This document shows, piece by piece, positions 40,801 through 51,000 of a stretch of DNA of 64,000 nt (positions are counted from its first letter, which is position 1; each line of letters opens with the position of its first letter). The stretch comes from an uncultured Elusimicrobia bacterium (GTDB lineage Bacteria; Elusimicrobiota; Elusimicrobia; 2-01-FULL-59-12): assembly GCA_963702895.1 (NCBI GenBank), contig OY969767.1, forward strand, positions 2,176,001 to 2,240,000. The letters are read 5' to 3'. The notes below the pieces were generated by a model, which saw only the letters and a program-made list of their open reading frames with translations, had not been told where the DNA came from and ran no database searches. The position numbers and the translations under genes are program-made.

Positions 40801-41346
40801 CAGGACGATTCCACCGGTCTTATAATTAAAGTTAAAGGTAAAACTGGATAGCCTGAAGGCCCAATTTTGTGAAAAATCCGATGGCCGATAAAAAATTAAT
40901 ATAGGGCCTGTCCAGTCATAAATACCCGTGTAATCAGCAGTGATTGTAATATTGCCCGCCCCCGGCCCTACGATGTTCAGTCCTTTACTTATACACAGAG
41001 CAGCCCTTGTATTAGAGCCTGCGCAAGTACGGTAGGTGCTCCAGGTGGCACTGCCTGCCGGGATGATGACGGTATCTTCCGGCGCCGCCGCGTCAACGGC
41101 CGCCTGCACGTCCGCCTGACTGCAGCTGGCGGCATTGATCGTGGCCGCCTGCGCCGCCGGAGCAGCCAGCAGCAAGAGAAGGCTGTATCGGAGTAACGGG
41201 GTAACGGTGTATCGGAGTAACGTAGTAACGGTGTATCGGAGTAACGGAGTAACGGTGTATCGGGGTAACACCTCTAACAGCGTACTGTGTTCACGTTGCC
41301 GTGACTCCGGTACCCCGATACTCCGATACCCCGTTACGGAAATCAT
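37810..41346 (-). CDS. G4: two-module secreted beta-helix protein with CTD
   Basis: 1178 aa; PWKTIQKAA...VKAGNY (DUF1565-like start); WDIGAYEY; CTD. Confidence 0.9.
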   Translation of the reverse strand: MISVTGYRSIGVPESRQREHSTLLEVLPRYTVTPLLRYTVTTLLRYTVTPLLRYSLLLLLAAPAAQAATINAASCSQADVQAAVDAAAPEDTVIIPAGSATWSTYRTCAGSNTRAALCISKGLNIVGPGAGNITITADYTGIYDWTGPILIFYRPSDFSQNWAFRLSSFTFNFNYKTGGIVLAYSSSGLTIQNKIRIDHNVFLNSHDQALTINGYRGVADHNTFSGTSYPIRFSSGDDQDWWDNWPGLTFGTADNFYLEDNNIQASQVVADCQYGNRYAFRYNTIVATSPGSYPLFDQHGDAAGSSGICSYRSCFGSEMYGNHITLVDGYTDFRGGKHLIFNNYTSSGFSGWGIRDSEGSSTNPIESCECVYCPSTNTQPQHISDTYAWNNRKGSMTGAVTNLYSRGMKDCNSSCGYTVTENVHWFKFVESGFDGATGVGCGTLASRPATCAPGVGYWATDQSCTDLTGRVGANPASLISGTLYQCTAPNTWIAYYTPYTYPHPLVANTYYVDQNHASASDSNPGTDVLPWKTIQKAANTVKAGETVVVKAGNYPERIRFPSGASGQEGARISFRAEPRRSVTLKGFNTRNANYLRLEGFNISTLGLTGWDETQGVYVGSDYVEVMDNYIYDSGSGIVGAWSPPYKRGVKIANNRIYRPGMGIVASGVDWVIENNEVERLINPGSGDSDYSRFFGENILFRNNYFHGTLQTEIAAAHVDCFQTYDNNGEYARNIIFEGNFCSSFHQGLMAEASFHHNSSHLTFRNNIFHGTFADGQPGGAWGLCVEQVTHVDAYNNVFAELMYHGIGYSDGASGIVENNIFYNAGSNYWADGATGGVIISSGHNLLNRLGYPNRYAPTDLINQDPAFVDPARFDFHLQSVSPAINVGVPQAGFNYDKDNIVRPQGSAWDIGAYEYCPSGNCPTVAPPPPPPPPPPGGSLATPTLNLPAYLPVNAEVRAGYGGSVAPAYFSWTFTSMVGPASRVSSPASQVSSPESRVSSPASQVSSPESRVPSPAPTAVDVGRETPDAGRGTLGAGHAPSASFTTASTVASLAAQNLDLGTYLVTVTAHDASGSASSPASAQVTLVSANLDQVRVYPNPWRSDRHAARSVTFDSLTIDTEIKIFTVSGHHVKTLPSSSSSVTWDLTNESGDRVASGIYVYHLKAEGGAKKTGKVVVIK

Positions 41347-44300
41347 TTTATCACCACTACTTTTCCAGTCTTCTTGGCTCCGCCTTCCGCCTTCAGGTGA
41401 TAGACATAGATCCCCGAGGCCACCCGGTCGCCGCTTTCATTCGTCAGGTCCCAGGTGATGGAGCTGCTTGAGGTGGGCAGCGTCTTCACGTGATGCCCCG
41501 AGACCGTGAAGATCTTGATCTCGGTATCGATCGTGAGACTGTCAAAAGTGACGGACCTCGCCGCGTGCCGGTCGCTCCGCCAAGGGTTGGGATAGACCCG
41601 GACCTGATCGAGATTGGCTGACACCAGCGTTACCTGCGCCGATGCCGGTGAAGAGGCGCTGCCGGAGGCGTCATGGGCCGTGACGGTCACGAGGTATGTT
41701 CCCAGGTCAAGGTTCTGCGCGGCGAGGCTTGCGACCGTAGAAGCCGTGGTGAAAGAGGCGCTTGGAGCATGTCCCGCACTTAGCGTCCCGTGTCTCGCGT
41801 CTGGCGTCTCGCGTCCGACGTCAACCGCTGTCGGTGCTGGACTCGGGACCCGGGACCCGGGACTCGAGACTTGTGACGCGGGACTCGAGACTCGGGACGC
41901 GGGACTCGAGACTTGCGACGCGGGACTCGAGACTCGGGACGCGGGACCCACCATCGACGTAAACGTCCAACTGAAATACGCCGGCGCGACGGTGCCGCTG
42001 TAGCCGGCGCGCACTTCGGCGTTCACCGGCAAATACGCGGGCAAATTTAGTGTCGGCGTGGAGAGGCTCCCGGGCGGGGGAGGTGACGGCGGAGGGGGTG
42101 GCGGCAGCACGATCGGACAGCTGCCGGAGGGGCAATATTCATGCGCCCCTATGTCTGGAGCGGCCCCCCAAAGCACAAGGCGACCGCTAGAATCTCTAGA
42201 AAGATGAACCGGATCGCCACGACGGCGGGAGAGCGGAGATGAGAGCGTGATCAGGTTGGAGGCATAGTCGATGGAAGCGATTTGGGCCGCATTGCCCACC
42301 GAGCCCACAGCAATCCAATCCGGGTTCACAAGGCCGCCTTGACCATCCTGAAACATTCCAGCGTCATCCACCCGCAGGGAAACGCCGCTCTCAGGATCGT
42401 CGGCCGCCACATGGGTCAGGGGCCCACCTCGGTCCTTCGCGGGAGATTCCTCTTGAAGATTGAAATCGCCGCTCCCCGAATTCACAAACAAAGGATTTTG
42501 ATTCAGGACCACATTGGGTTCGCTCCGAATGGGATTTTGCCAGCCACACCCCGCACCACAGGAGGAGTTAAAGGCTAAATTGTTGGAGGCATAGAAACCT
42601 GGCTGTGAAGTCGTATCAAAGTTATAAACCTGGGCGTAATCACGGATGGTATCGGCATAAAGGTTGTTGATGATCTTGCCACCGGTCGAGCTATTCCAGC
42701 GGCCGGTCACGACCCATTCGGACGTCGCCGTATGCAAGGCCTGAAAGACCGTGTTGTTGTATTCCTTGATATTGTCGAATCCCGAATTCGCCACCATAAA
42801 ATAGCTTCCGATGGTGTCAACCGTATTGTGTCGAACGATCACGTTCTTGGCACCACAGGCCTGGCTATCCTGAAGCAGCAAAAAGTGGGCGTGACCGACC
42901 GGGGAGTTCCTCAAGATGTTGTTTTCATACAGGGCGTATTGCAGCGGGTTGGGGTAATAGGACGCGGCACAGGAGCTTTCGATCCCGTCAATGTGCAGGT
43001 GGTTGGAGGTTCCAGGGAAATCCGTCTCATAGGCGTCGTGGAGGACATTTTGGCGGACGACGTTAAACCGTCCCTCGAGCGCGATAAAATCGGTCACATG
43101 CGAAATGTCGTTGCCATCGATCAAGGTATGGTCACTAAAGGCGCCGATTCCGCGTGCTCCGTTGTTGGGAGCGGGCGTTTCGGAGCCACAATAGGAAATC
43201 GTATTGCTTTGGATCGTGATGTAGGAAGGCGGAGCGCTCTCATGCAAGCGGACGCAATTGCCCTGCGTGTGGTGGATCAAGTTGCGGAGGATCCGGGAAC
43301 CGGTCGAACTCTTGAAGTAGACAGCACCCCACGAATAGGAAGCACCGGCATGCTGCGTAAAACCCTGATCCGTAATTTCAAACCCCTGGATCACGATGTA
43401 ATTCTTTCCAATCACCCCAAATCCCGGCATTTTCACGCTGCCTTCCGCGAGAAAGGTGATCAGCTGCCCGGCTGAGCCGGAATGGGCAGGCCGAACATAT
43501 TCATCGTAAGACCCCGCGGCCACCCAGCAGGTGTCCCCCGCCACGGCGGCATTCGCACAGGCCTGGATCGTGGTGAAGTCTCCTGTTCCGTCGGGATGAA
43601 CTCGGTAGGCATGCCCACCCAGCGTCACGCTCTGCAGCGGATGCGGATAGGGGTAGGGGGTGTAGCCGGAATAGGCATTGGGACCCGAAGCGGTGAAGAC
43701 CATGGTGCCAACGCTTGGATAGGTCGTTCCGTCCGTCGGATAACTGCCGGAAGCTCCGTTGCATTGCGTGATTCCCGCCTGGCAGACAAAGGTCTCTCTG
43801 CCCCCCGTTGCCTGCGGGGCATGCAAGAAATAGTCCCTGTCTTTACGGATAAACGGATTAGAGACAGGATTTGCATTATCACCACAGGTTCCTGTTCCAG
43901 GCCCCGTGCAACAGAACATCGGAGTTCTACTCGCGATGCAATCGTAATTGGTAGGAGAGGTCTCTACAGAACCATAAGTCCCATCATTAAAGTCGTGCCC
44001 ACGGTACGTATTATTCCAGACAAACGTATTGTGAATCTGATCTTCAGCCGGCCACGCAACCCTGTGAACCGACCAATTATCGCTCGTATATTCTTCCTCG
44101 ACCAACATGATTCTGGGATTGTTGCTCACCGTGCCGGTGATGACATTGTTGTAAATAAGGTTTGCAGATCCGCGAGAGATGTACATAAAGTCGATTCGCT
44201 TTCCGGATTCTGTATTGTTGTAAAACTCGATGACCGACTGCCCTCTCCGTTGACATGAAGATGCTTGCCAGTAGCCGGCTCCCCCGCATCCGCCATCGGC

Positions 44301-45185
44301 GCTGCCGTGAGCCATGAAAGGAGTATAGGTACCCAGTGTATCGGGCACATCAGTGGCAGTAAAATCATTAAACCGAACCACCAGTTTCCCGCCGTTATGA
44401 GTCCCTATCTGTTCCTGGGTATAAGGCAATGTGTAACTTGCATTTGTAATGAAATGATTATCTTCAATGAAGAGAGCCTCGACCGTTCCGGCATCAAGGG
44501 ATGCCCATGAGGCGTCGGCGTTAGCCCGGCTTCCGGCACTAAAACCTATACTTTGTATCCCGTTGTAAAAATAATTATGGTCGATCAATCCTTTCATATG
44601 GTCAAAGGTGATAGGCACGTTTCCAAAATGAAACGTGTTGTGATCAATTCTGATTTGCCCGCCGTGAACGCCTCCCGCCATATCATGAACGCGGATGGCC
44701 GCCGCGGGAGTCCAGTTTGTCATCTGGAAAGTGAATCCGCTGACCCTGACAAGGCTGCTTGCGGTGAATCCCGTAATATTGAAGAACCCATCGGGCATAC
44801 CACCGCTTGCCGTTAATATCGTGTTGCCAGAACCTGCGCCCATGATGCTGAGCGGCTTGCTTACGTTCACCGCCGAAGTCCAAGTGCAGTTCCGTGAGGG
44901 GATCATCAGCACATCTCCAGCAGAGGCGCTGTTGATTGCCGCCTGCACGTCCGCCTGCGAACAGCTGGCGGCATTGATCGTGGCCGCCTGCGCCGGCGGA
45001 GCAGCCAGCAGCAAGAGAAGGCTGTATCGGAGTAACGGGGTAACGGGGTGTCGGAGTAACGGAGTAACGGTGTATCGGAGTAACGGAGTAACGGTGTATC
45101 GGGGTAACACCTCTAACAGCGTACTGTGTTCACGTTGCCGTGACTCCGGTACCCCGATACTCCGATACCCCGTTACGGAAATCAT
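41343..45185 (-). CDS. G3: two-module secreted beta-helix protein with CTD
   Basis: 1280 aa; SCSQADVQAA module; GDFTTIQACANAA module; CTD. Confidence 0.9.
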   Translation of the reverse strand: MISVTGYRSIGVPESRQREHSTLLEVLPRYTVTPLLRYTVTPLLRHPVTPLLRYSLLLLLAAPPAQAATINAASCSQADVQAAINSASAGDVLMIPSRNCTWTSAVNVSKPLSIMGAGSGNTILTASGGMPDGFFNITGFTASSLVRVSGFTFQMTNWTPAAAIRVHDMAGGVHGGQIRIDHNTFHFGNVPITFDHMKGLIDHNYFYNGIQSIGFSAGSRANADASWASLDAGTVEALFIEDNHFITNASYTLPYTQEQIGTHNGGKLVVRFNDFTATDVPDTLGTYTPFMAHGSADGGCGGAGYWQASSCQRRGQSVIEFYNNTESGKRIDFMYISRGSANLIYNNVITGTVSNNPRIMLVEEEYTSDNWSVHRVAWPAEDQIHNTFVWNNTYRGHDFNDGTYGSVETSPTNYDCIASRTPMFCCTGPGTGTCGDNANPVSNPFIRKDRDYFLHAPQATGGRETFVCQAGITQCNGASGSYPTDGTTYPSVGTMVFTASGPNAYSGYTPYPYPHPLQSVTLGGHAYRVHPDGTGDFTTIQACANAAVAGDTCWVAAGSYDEYVRPAHSGSAGQLITFLAEGSVKMPGFGVIGKNYIVIQGFEITDQGFTQHAGASYSWGAVYFKSSTGSRILRNLIHHTQGNCVRLHESAPPSYITIQSNTISYCGSETPAPNNGARGIGAFSDHTLIDGNDISHVTDFIALEGRFNVVRQNVLHDAYETDFPGTSNHLHIDGIESSCAASYYPNPLQYALYENNILRNSPVGHAHFLLLQDSQACGAKNVIVRHNTVDTIGSYFMVANSGFDNIKEYNNTVFQALHTATSEWVVTGRWNSSTGGKIINNLYADTIRDYAQVYNFDTTSQPGFYASNNLAFNSSCGAGCGWQNPIRSEPNVVLNQNPLFVNSGSGDFNLQEESPAKDRGGPLTHVAADDPESGVSLRVDDAGMFQDGQGGLVNPDWIAVGSVGNAAQIASIDYASNLITLSSPLSRRRGDPVHLSRDSSGRLVLWGAAPDIGAHEYCPSGSCPIVLPPPPPPSPPPPGSLSTPTLNLPAYLPVNAEVRAGYSGTVAPAYFSWTFTSMVGPASRVSSPASQVSSPASRVSSPASQVSSPGSRVPSPAPTAVDVGRETPDARHGTLSAGHAPSASFTTASTVASLAAQNLDLGTYLVTVTAHDASGSASSPASAQVTLVSANLDQVRVYPNPWRSDRHAARSVTFDSLTIDTEIKIFTVSGHHVKTLPTSSSSITWDLTNESGDRVASGIYVYHLKAEGGAKKTGKVVVIK

Positions 45186-48043
45186 TTTATCACCACCACT
45201 TTCCCCGTCTTTTTGGCTCCGCCTTCGGCCTTCAGGTGATACACGTAGATCCCCGAGGCCACACGGTCGCCGCTTTCGTTCGTCAGGTCCCAGGTGACCG
45301 AGCTGCTTGAGGTGGGCAGCGTCTTCACGTGGTGCCCCGAGACTGTAAAGATCTTGATCTCGGTATCGATCGTGAGACTGTCAAAAGTGATGGATCTCGC
45401 CGCATGCCGGTCACTCCGCCAGGGGTTGGGATAGACCCGCACCTGATCGAGATTCGCCGAGACGAGCGTCACTTGGGCTGAAGCAGGCGAGGAAGCATTG
45501 CCCGCCGCGTCAAAGGCTGTGACCGTCACCACGTAAGGCCCGAGGTCCAGTCCCGCCGTGGCGAGATTGGCCTGGGGGGTGCGGGTGGTGAAGGAAGCCG
45601 AAGGTGCCGGCTGCGCTCTAGGCTCTAGGCTCGAGGCTCCAGGGGAAGAAGAAGTGCTGTTGCCTAGAGCTTGGAGCCTGGAGCCTGGAGCGACACTTAC
45701 AGGGGTGAAGGTCCAACTGAAATAGGCCGCGGGCGTCGCGCCGGTGTAACCTGCCGTGATCTGGGCGTTGACCGGCAGATACTCCGGCAGATTGAGCGTC
45801 GGCGTGGAGAGGCTCCCAGGCGGTGGAGGCGGTGGAGGGGGTGGAGGAGGTGGAGGAGGCGGCGAAGTCGCCGCCTGGGTCGTCGCGCTGGCCGCGGCCG
45901 AGAGCGCCGAGATATTCCCGGCCGCATCATAAGCGGTCACGCGGTAGCTGTAGGTGGTCGAAGCCGAAAGGCCCGTGCTCGCATAGGACGTGCCCGAGCT
46001 GACGCTCGAGATCCAGACCCCATTGCGATAAATGCCGTAGCCTGCCACCCCGACCGCATCGGTCGAGGCGGCCCAGCTAAGATTGATCGTAGTGGAAGAA
46101 ACGGCCACCGCCACCAGGCCCGTCGGCACCGAAGGGGGGGTCGTGTCCGGCGGAGGGGGTGCTCCACTTGTTGCGGCGACGTAGAGGGTTTTGCTCGCGT
46201 AAAGCGGGTAAACCCTCACGCCGAGCGCTCCGCCGCCCACAGAGCAAGTGTAAGGACTTGCGTTGTCGACCGTGGTCGGGATGCGGTCTTCATAGCAAAC
46301 CACGAACCGGACAAGCTCCGCATCGGAAGGCGTTACGGTCACCACCCCGCCCGACTGAGAATAGGTCGCGCTCAAGGTGTAGCCGCCCGCCTTGTAGGGA
46401 TACGCCCCGATGTCGGGTGTGGCATCGTGACCGAAGTACACCGCCTCCCCGTTGGCCCATGTGAAGGACGGCGTAACGGTGATGGCGTTTCCTGAGATAC
46501 TCACCACGGTCACGACGTCGGTGCCGACCGTGATCGTATCGCCCACCACCACATTGCCGCCATATTGCGTGATGGTCGTATCATCATCAGAAAAGTAGCT
46601 GGCGTCACCCACCATGAACGTCGTGCCCGTATTGTTGGCGGACGTGACCGTCGTGAGCGGACCACCTGCATTTCGTGCGGGTGAGCCAGACTGAAGCGTA
46701 AAATCTCGAGTTGCCGCATTGGTCACTAATGGATTCGTATTCCGGAGAGAATGCGCTTCGGCGTTGATTGTACTCGCGTAATTGATCGATCCGCCTATAT
46801 CGTAAAAAATATTGTAGTCATGCACGGCGGGAGTATCATCATAGACACCGACTGGATTCGTCCCTGGCCACCACGCTTGGTGCCAGATATTGTTCAAGAC
46901 CCCTCGGCCAGCCGCGACGTTACTACCACGGTCATAAGTGACATAATGCGAGGCATATGCGATGGTTTCGTGATAAATTTTGAGGAAAGCCTGTCCGTCC
47001 GCAAGCCCAAAACACTGCCCGCCTGCGTTGCCATTACTGGACCAGACGTTTCGCCGGAATATCGTATAGGCGTCCAAGCTGGCTGAATTGGTTTCGATAT
47101 TGGTACAGTGATGTTCACTTCCGGACTCATCGGCGTAGAAATTCCCCTCATACAGTGAGTGGCCCAAGCCAATAGAATCCTGACCGGATTGAATGAAATC
47201 GGTATGAGATGAAGGAGCCGCATTCACATTATGGCTATAGTTGTTCAGTAGCCTATTTCTTTGCCCAAAGAGATAGATGAAGTCAACCTCGGGGGTGTCG
47301 GATTCGTTATAGGCAATGACGTTGCTGTTGCCACGAACCTGAAAATCTTTGAATGCGGAATGCTTAATCACATTGCCGATAAAGAGACAGTTGTTGGATT
47401 GGTATAGCCTAGCTCCGTTGTCCGTTCTTATGGAATCTCCTTCAAAGTTCTGTATGGTGTTATTCCATATCTCAACATAATCAGCATTTTGCAGGTAGAT
47501 CCCATCGTTTCTGGTATTTCCGCCTTCGACGATAAAACCTATCACTCGAATCCAATCGCCAGTAATGACCCATCCGAAATTCGTCACAGACCCATCAGCC
47601 ACGAAGGTGATGTAGTTTCCGGCAGACCCCGAGCTACTGGCCGTGACTACCTCTGCGTAAGTGCCCGCCTGCACCCGGATCACATCTCCCGCCGCGACGT
47701 GATCGGCCGCCCAGTCGATGGTCCGCCACGCCCCGCCCGAGGTGTTCGTCAATCCGGTGTTGGTGTTGTTCCCATCGGTGCGGACATAATAGGTCGCCGC
47801 CTGCGCCGCCGGAGCAGCCAGCAGCAAGAGAAGGCTGTATCGGAGTAACGGGGTAACGGTGTATCGGAGTAACGTAGTAACGGTGTATCGGAGTAACGGA
47901 GTAACGGTGTATCGGGGTAACACCTCTAAGAGCGTAATGTGTTTACGTTGCTGTGACTCCGATACTCCGATACGCCCCGCCATCACATCGTTGGCGGGCC
48001 CGCCGTGATGTAGTGGCGGGCGATACGCCGATACGAAGTTCAC
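45182..48043 (-). CDS. G2: secreted protein (beta-helix, FN3, Ig-like, CTD)
   Basis: 953 aa; N-terminal module essentially identical to that of G8. Confidence 0.9.
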   Translation of the reverse strand: MNFVSAYRPPLHHGGPANDVMAGRIGVSESQQRKHITLLEVLPRYTVTPLLRYTVTTLLRYTVTPLLRYSLLLLLAAPAAQAATYYVRTDGNNTNTGLTNTSGGAWRTIDWAADHVAAGDVIRVQAGTYAEVVTASSSGSAGNYITFVADGSVTNFGWVITGDWIRVIGFIVEGGNTRNDGIYLQNADYVEIWNNTIQNFEGDSIRTDNGARLYQSNNCLFIGNVIKHSAFKDFQVRGNSNVIAYNESDTPEVDFIYLFGQRNRLLNNYSHNVNAAPSSHTDFIQSGQDSIGLGHSLYEGNFYADESGSEHHCTNIETNSASLDAYTIFRRNVWSSNGNAGGQCFGLADGQAFLKIYHETIAYASHYVTYDRGSNVAAGRGVLNNIWHQAWWPGTNPVGVYDDTPAVHDYNIFYDIGGSINYASTINAEAHSLRNTNPLVTNAATRDFTLQSGSPARNAGGPLTTVTSANNTGTTFMVGDASYFSDDDTTITQYGGNVVVGDTITVGTDVVTVVSISGNAITVTPSFTWANGEAVYFGHDATPDIGAYPYKAGGYTLSATYSQSGGVVTVTPSDAELVRFVVCYEDRIPTTVDNASPYTCSVGGGALGVRVYPLYASKTLYVAATSGAPPPPDTTPPSVPTGLVAVAVSSTTINLSWAASTDAVGVAGYGIYRNGVWISSVSSGTSYASTGLSASTTYSYRVTAYDAAGNISALSAAASATTQAATSPPPPPPPPPPPPPPPGSLSTPTLNLPEYLPVNAQITAGYTGATPAAYFSWTFTPVSVAPGSRLQALGNSTSSSPGASSLEPRAQPAPSASFTTRTPQANLATAGLDLGPYVVTVTAFDAAGNASSPASAQVTLVSANLDQVRVYPNPWRSDRHAARSITFDSLTIDTEIKIFTVSGHHVKTLPTSSSSVTWDLTNESGDRVASGIYVYHLKAEGGAKKTGKVVVIK

Positions 48044-51000
48044 TTAATCACCACCACTTTCCCCGTCTTCTTGGCTCCGCCTTCCGCCTTCAGGTGATAG
48101 ACATAGATCCCCGAAGCCACCCGGTCGCCGCTTTCGTTCGTCAGGTCCCAGGTCACTGAGCTGCTTGAGCTCGGTAGCGTCTTCACGTGGTGTCCCGAGA
48201 CCGTGAAGATCTTAATCTCGGTATCGATCGTGAGACTGTCAAAAGTGACGGACCTCGCCGCGTGCCGGTCGCTCCGCCAGGGATTGGGATAGACCCGGAC
48301 CTGATCGAGATTGGCTGACACCAGCGTCACCTGCGCCGATGCCGGTGAAGAGGCGCTGCCGGAGGCGTCATGGGCCGTGACGGTCACGAGGTATGTTCCC
48401 AGGTCAAGATTCTGCGCGGCAAGGCTTGCGACCGTTGAAGCGGTGGTGAAAGAGGCGGAGGGAGCTCCGAAAGCGCGTCCGACGTCCGACGTGCGACGTC
48501 CAACGTCAACTCCAGACGTTTCATATGAGCCGCTTAGACGTCGGACCCGCCACACATCGGGCGGGCGCCTGTCGTGTGGAGCCTCGGACGTCGGACGGCT
48601 CACCGGTTCGCCGGTTCGGCCCACCTGAGTGAACGTCCAACTGAAATACGCCGGCGCCACAGACCCGCCGTAGCCGGCGCGGATCTCGGCGTTCACCGGC
48701 AGATAAGCCGGCAAGTTCAAGGTCGGGGTGGCCAGGCCGCCTGGTGGCGGAGGGGGCGGCGGAGGCGGAGGGGGTGGCAGGCCCGTTCTGAGCGGGTGGG
48801 GATAAGGATAAGGCGTATAGGAGGTTGACCAGGTGTTGGGCGCGGTGCATTGGTAGAGCGTGCCGGAAATCGGACTTGCCGGATTGGTACCGACCCGACC
48901 GGTGAGATCCGTGCAGGCTTGATCCGTGGCCCAATAGGCAACACCGGGCGTGCAGGTCGCCGGACGCGCGGCCAGCGTGCCGCACCCCATCCCCACAGTC
49001 CCATTGAAACCCGCCTGATGATTCCAATAATCAACATTTTCCGTAATGGTGTAAGGCGATCCGACCGCGGCATCGGCGCAGAAGTCCAAGCCTTTGGTCA
49101 TGGGGCGGAGAATTCCCCCACCGTAGTTCGCCCATACATACGAATTTTGAACATGCTGGGAGTACGCCGGGGAAGCGGGGCTTTGACAAGAATCACATGA
49201 ATACTGTGCATAGTACGGCTTGGCATAAGAAGAATCACTGGAGTTGTAAAACATTAACTGCCAACTACCCCTATGCGCCATCCAGGTGGAAAAATCCGGG
49301 CTATTGACGATCTTATTCCCGTAGTACTCGGATTTGATCGTGGACCATTGCTCACAAGAATCCTGATTAGGGTTGCAAGAACCGGCCACCGAGGGGCTGC
49401 AATTGGAATACCCGCAACAGCTATAACCCGGGCTCACTGACATGCTTTGCAATCCGTGATTGACCCACAGGCCCGAAAGGCCGGTGGCATTGGCCAGATC
49501 CGTGGTGTTGTACCGATAGACATAACCCGGCGCGCCCTGCCCGTGGTCGGTCAGTCCGCCCTCTATGGCCTGGGTAAAACGGATGGTGTTGTCCTCGATG
49601 AAGAAATTCGTCCCGGTCCCATACTCCCTCGGAACTAGCGCCCAGGAGACCGCGTCTCTCCCAAACGTTCTGATCACGTAGCCGACATTGATGAAATGAT
49701 TCAAATAGGCCACGCCATAAACCGGCCCGCTCACAACCACACCCGTATGTAAGGAATTCTGAAACGTGTTGTGGTGGATTTTGATATTGGACATGACTTT
49801 GGAGGTGCTTCCATTCCCTACGTAGAGAAGGCCTTGGTGCTTCGAAAGTGACTGGCCGTCCAAGGTAAATCCCGTGATTTCAAACGCCTCATTATGGGTC
49901 TGTGCCGTTGCATCCGGAATATAAGCGATCTGACCATGGTCGGAGGGTCCGTTCAGGGTAATCGTGGTGGGCCCCCCGATGCCACCCTGCAATTTGATGC
50001 CTTGGGTGAGGGAAAGCAATCGATTATACCCGCCGTAAGAAGTCTCGTTTGACCAGGTGCATGAACCGGCCGGAACGATGATCGTGTCCCCTCGTTCCGC
50101 AAGGTTCACAGCGGCCTGGACATCCGCCTGCGAACAGCTGGCAGCGCTGATCGGAGGCCGAACAAATTCATGGGCTCCCATATCCGGCGCCGTACCATTA
50201 AGCACCTCCCGGCCGCTCGAATCCTTATACAACCACACCGGCGCGTTGGCCGCCCAGCTGAGCGGGGATTTCAGCGTGATCGTGTTGGCCGCATAGTTGA
50301 TCGAGGCGATTGGCGCGCGATTGCCCGCACTCCCCACGGCAATCCAGTCCGCGAAGAAATTCACGTTCCGCGCCAGGTCGGACCCCCACGACCCATCCTG
50401 AAAATATAACGCATCGTTCACTTTCACGGTGATCGAGTTGCTTCCGGAGCCTACGGTGGTCGTTAAAGGGGCGCCCTGATCGATCGCAGGCGAATCCGAT
50501 TGAAGGCGTAAATCGGGCAGGGTCTTGCTGGTGGGATCGTCGAGAGAAGGATTGAGGAATTTAGGGTTGCCTTTGACGGTTGTCCAGTTATTTTCGATGG
50601 TCGCGATCCCCGGATAATCGGCTGGATTCAGTCCCGTGTCGACCGTGATATCAAGGCCCGTGTAGAGAGTCCCGGGATAGAGGTCCGGCAAACTCAGGTA
50701 GTACGAAAAATTATCGTAGACCAGATTGTTTTTGAGGACATTTTCGAGGGTCGCCGAATAAAGGGTGATCCCGGCGAGCTTCCCGGGGCATGTCGAGCAT
50801 CCCGGCTGCGTCTTCTGCATGTAAGGGTAGGTCCACCCGTTGTGGAAAAAGGTGTTGTTGTAGACCCGGTTGTTGGTCGAGCCGGTCCCGCCCGCGCCAA
50901 TCTTGCCGTAGGAGGCGTACTTAAAATAGAGTCCCGCCTGCTGGCCATTGTAAATGGAGTTGAACCGGACGATGTTTTTCGGCGCCGCCAGAGACAACAC

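Noticed and set aside
10935..48035. Recurrent leader and CTD repeats as a CRISPR array
   Set aside because: No regular repeat-spacer period, the repeats are coding, and there are no cas genes.
13690..50175. Duplicated blocks as DGR template/variable repeats
   Set aside because: No reverse transcriptase in the window; blocks are kilobase-sized and fully coding; differences do not look adenine-restricted (not formally counted).
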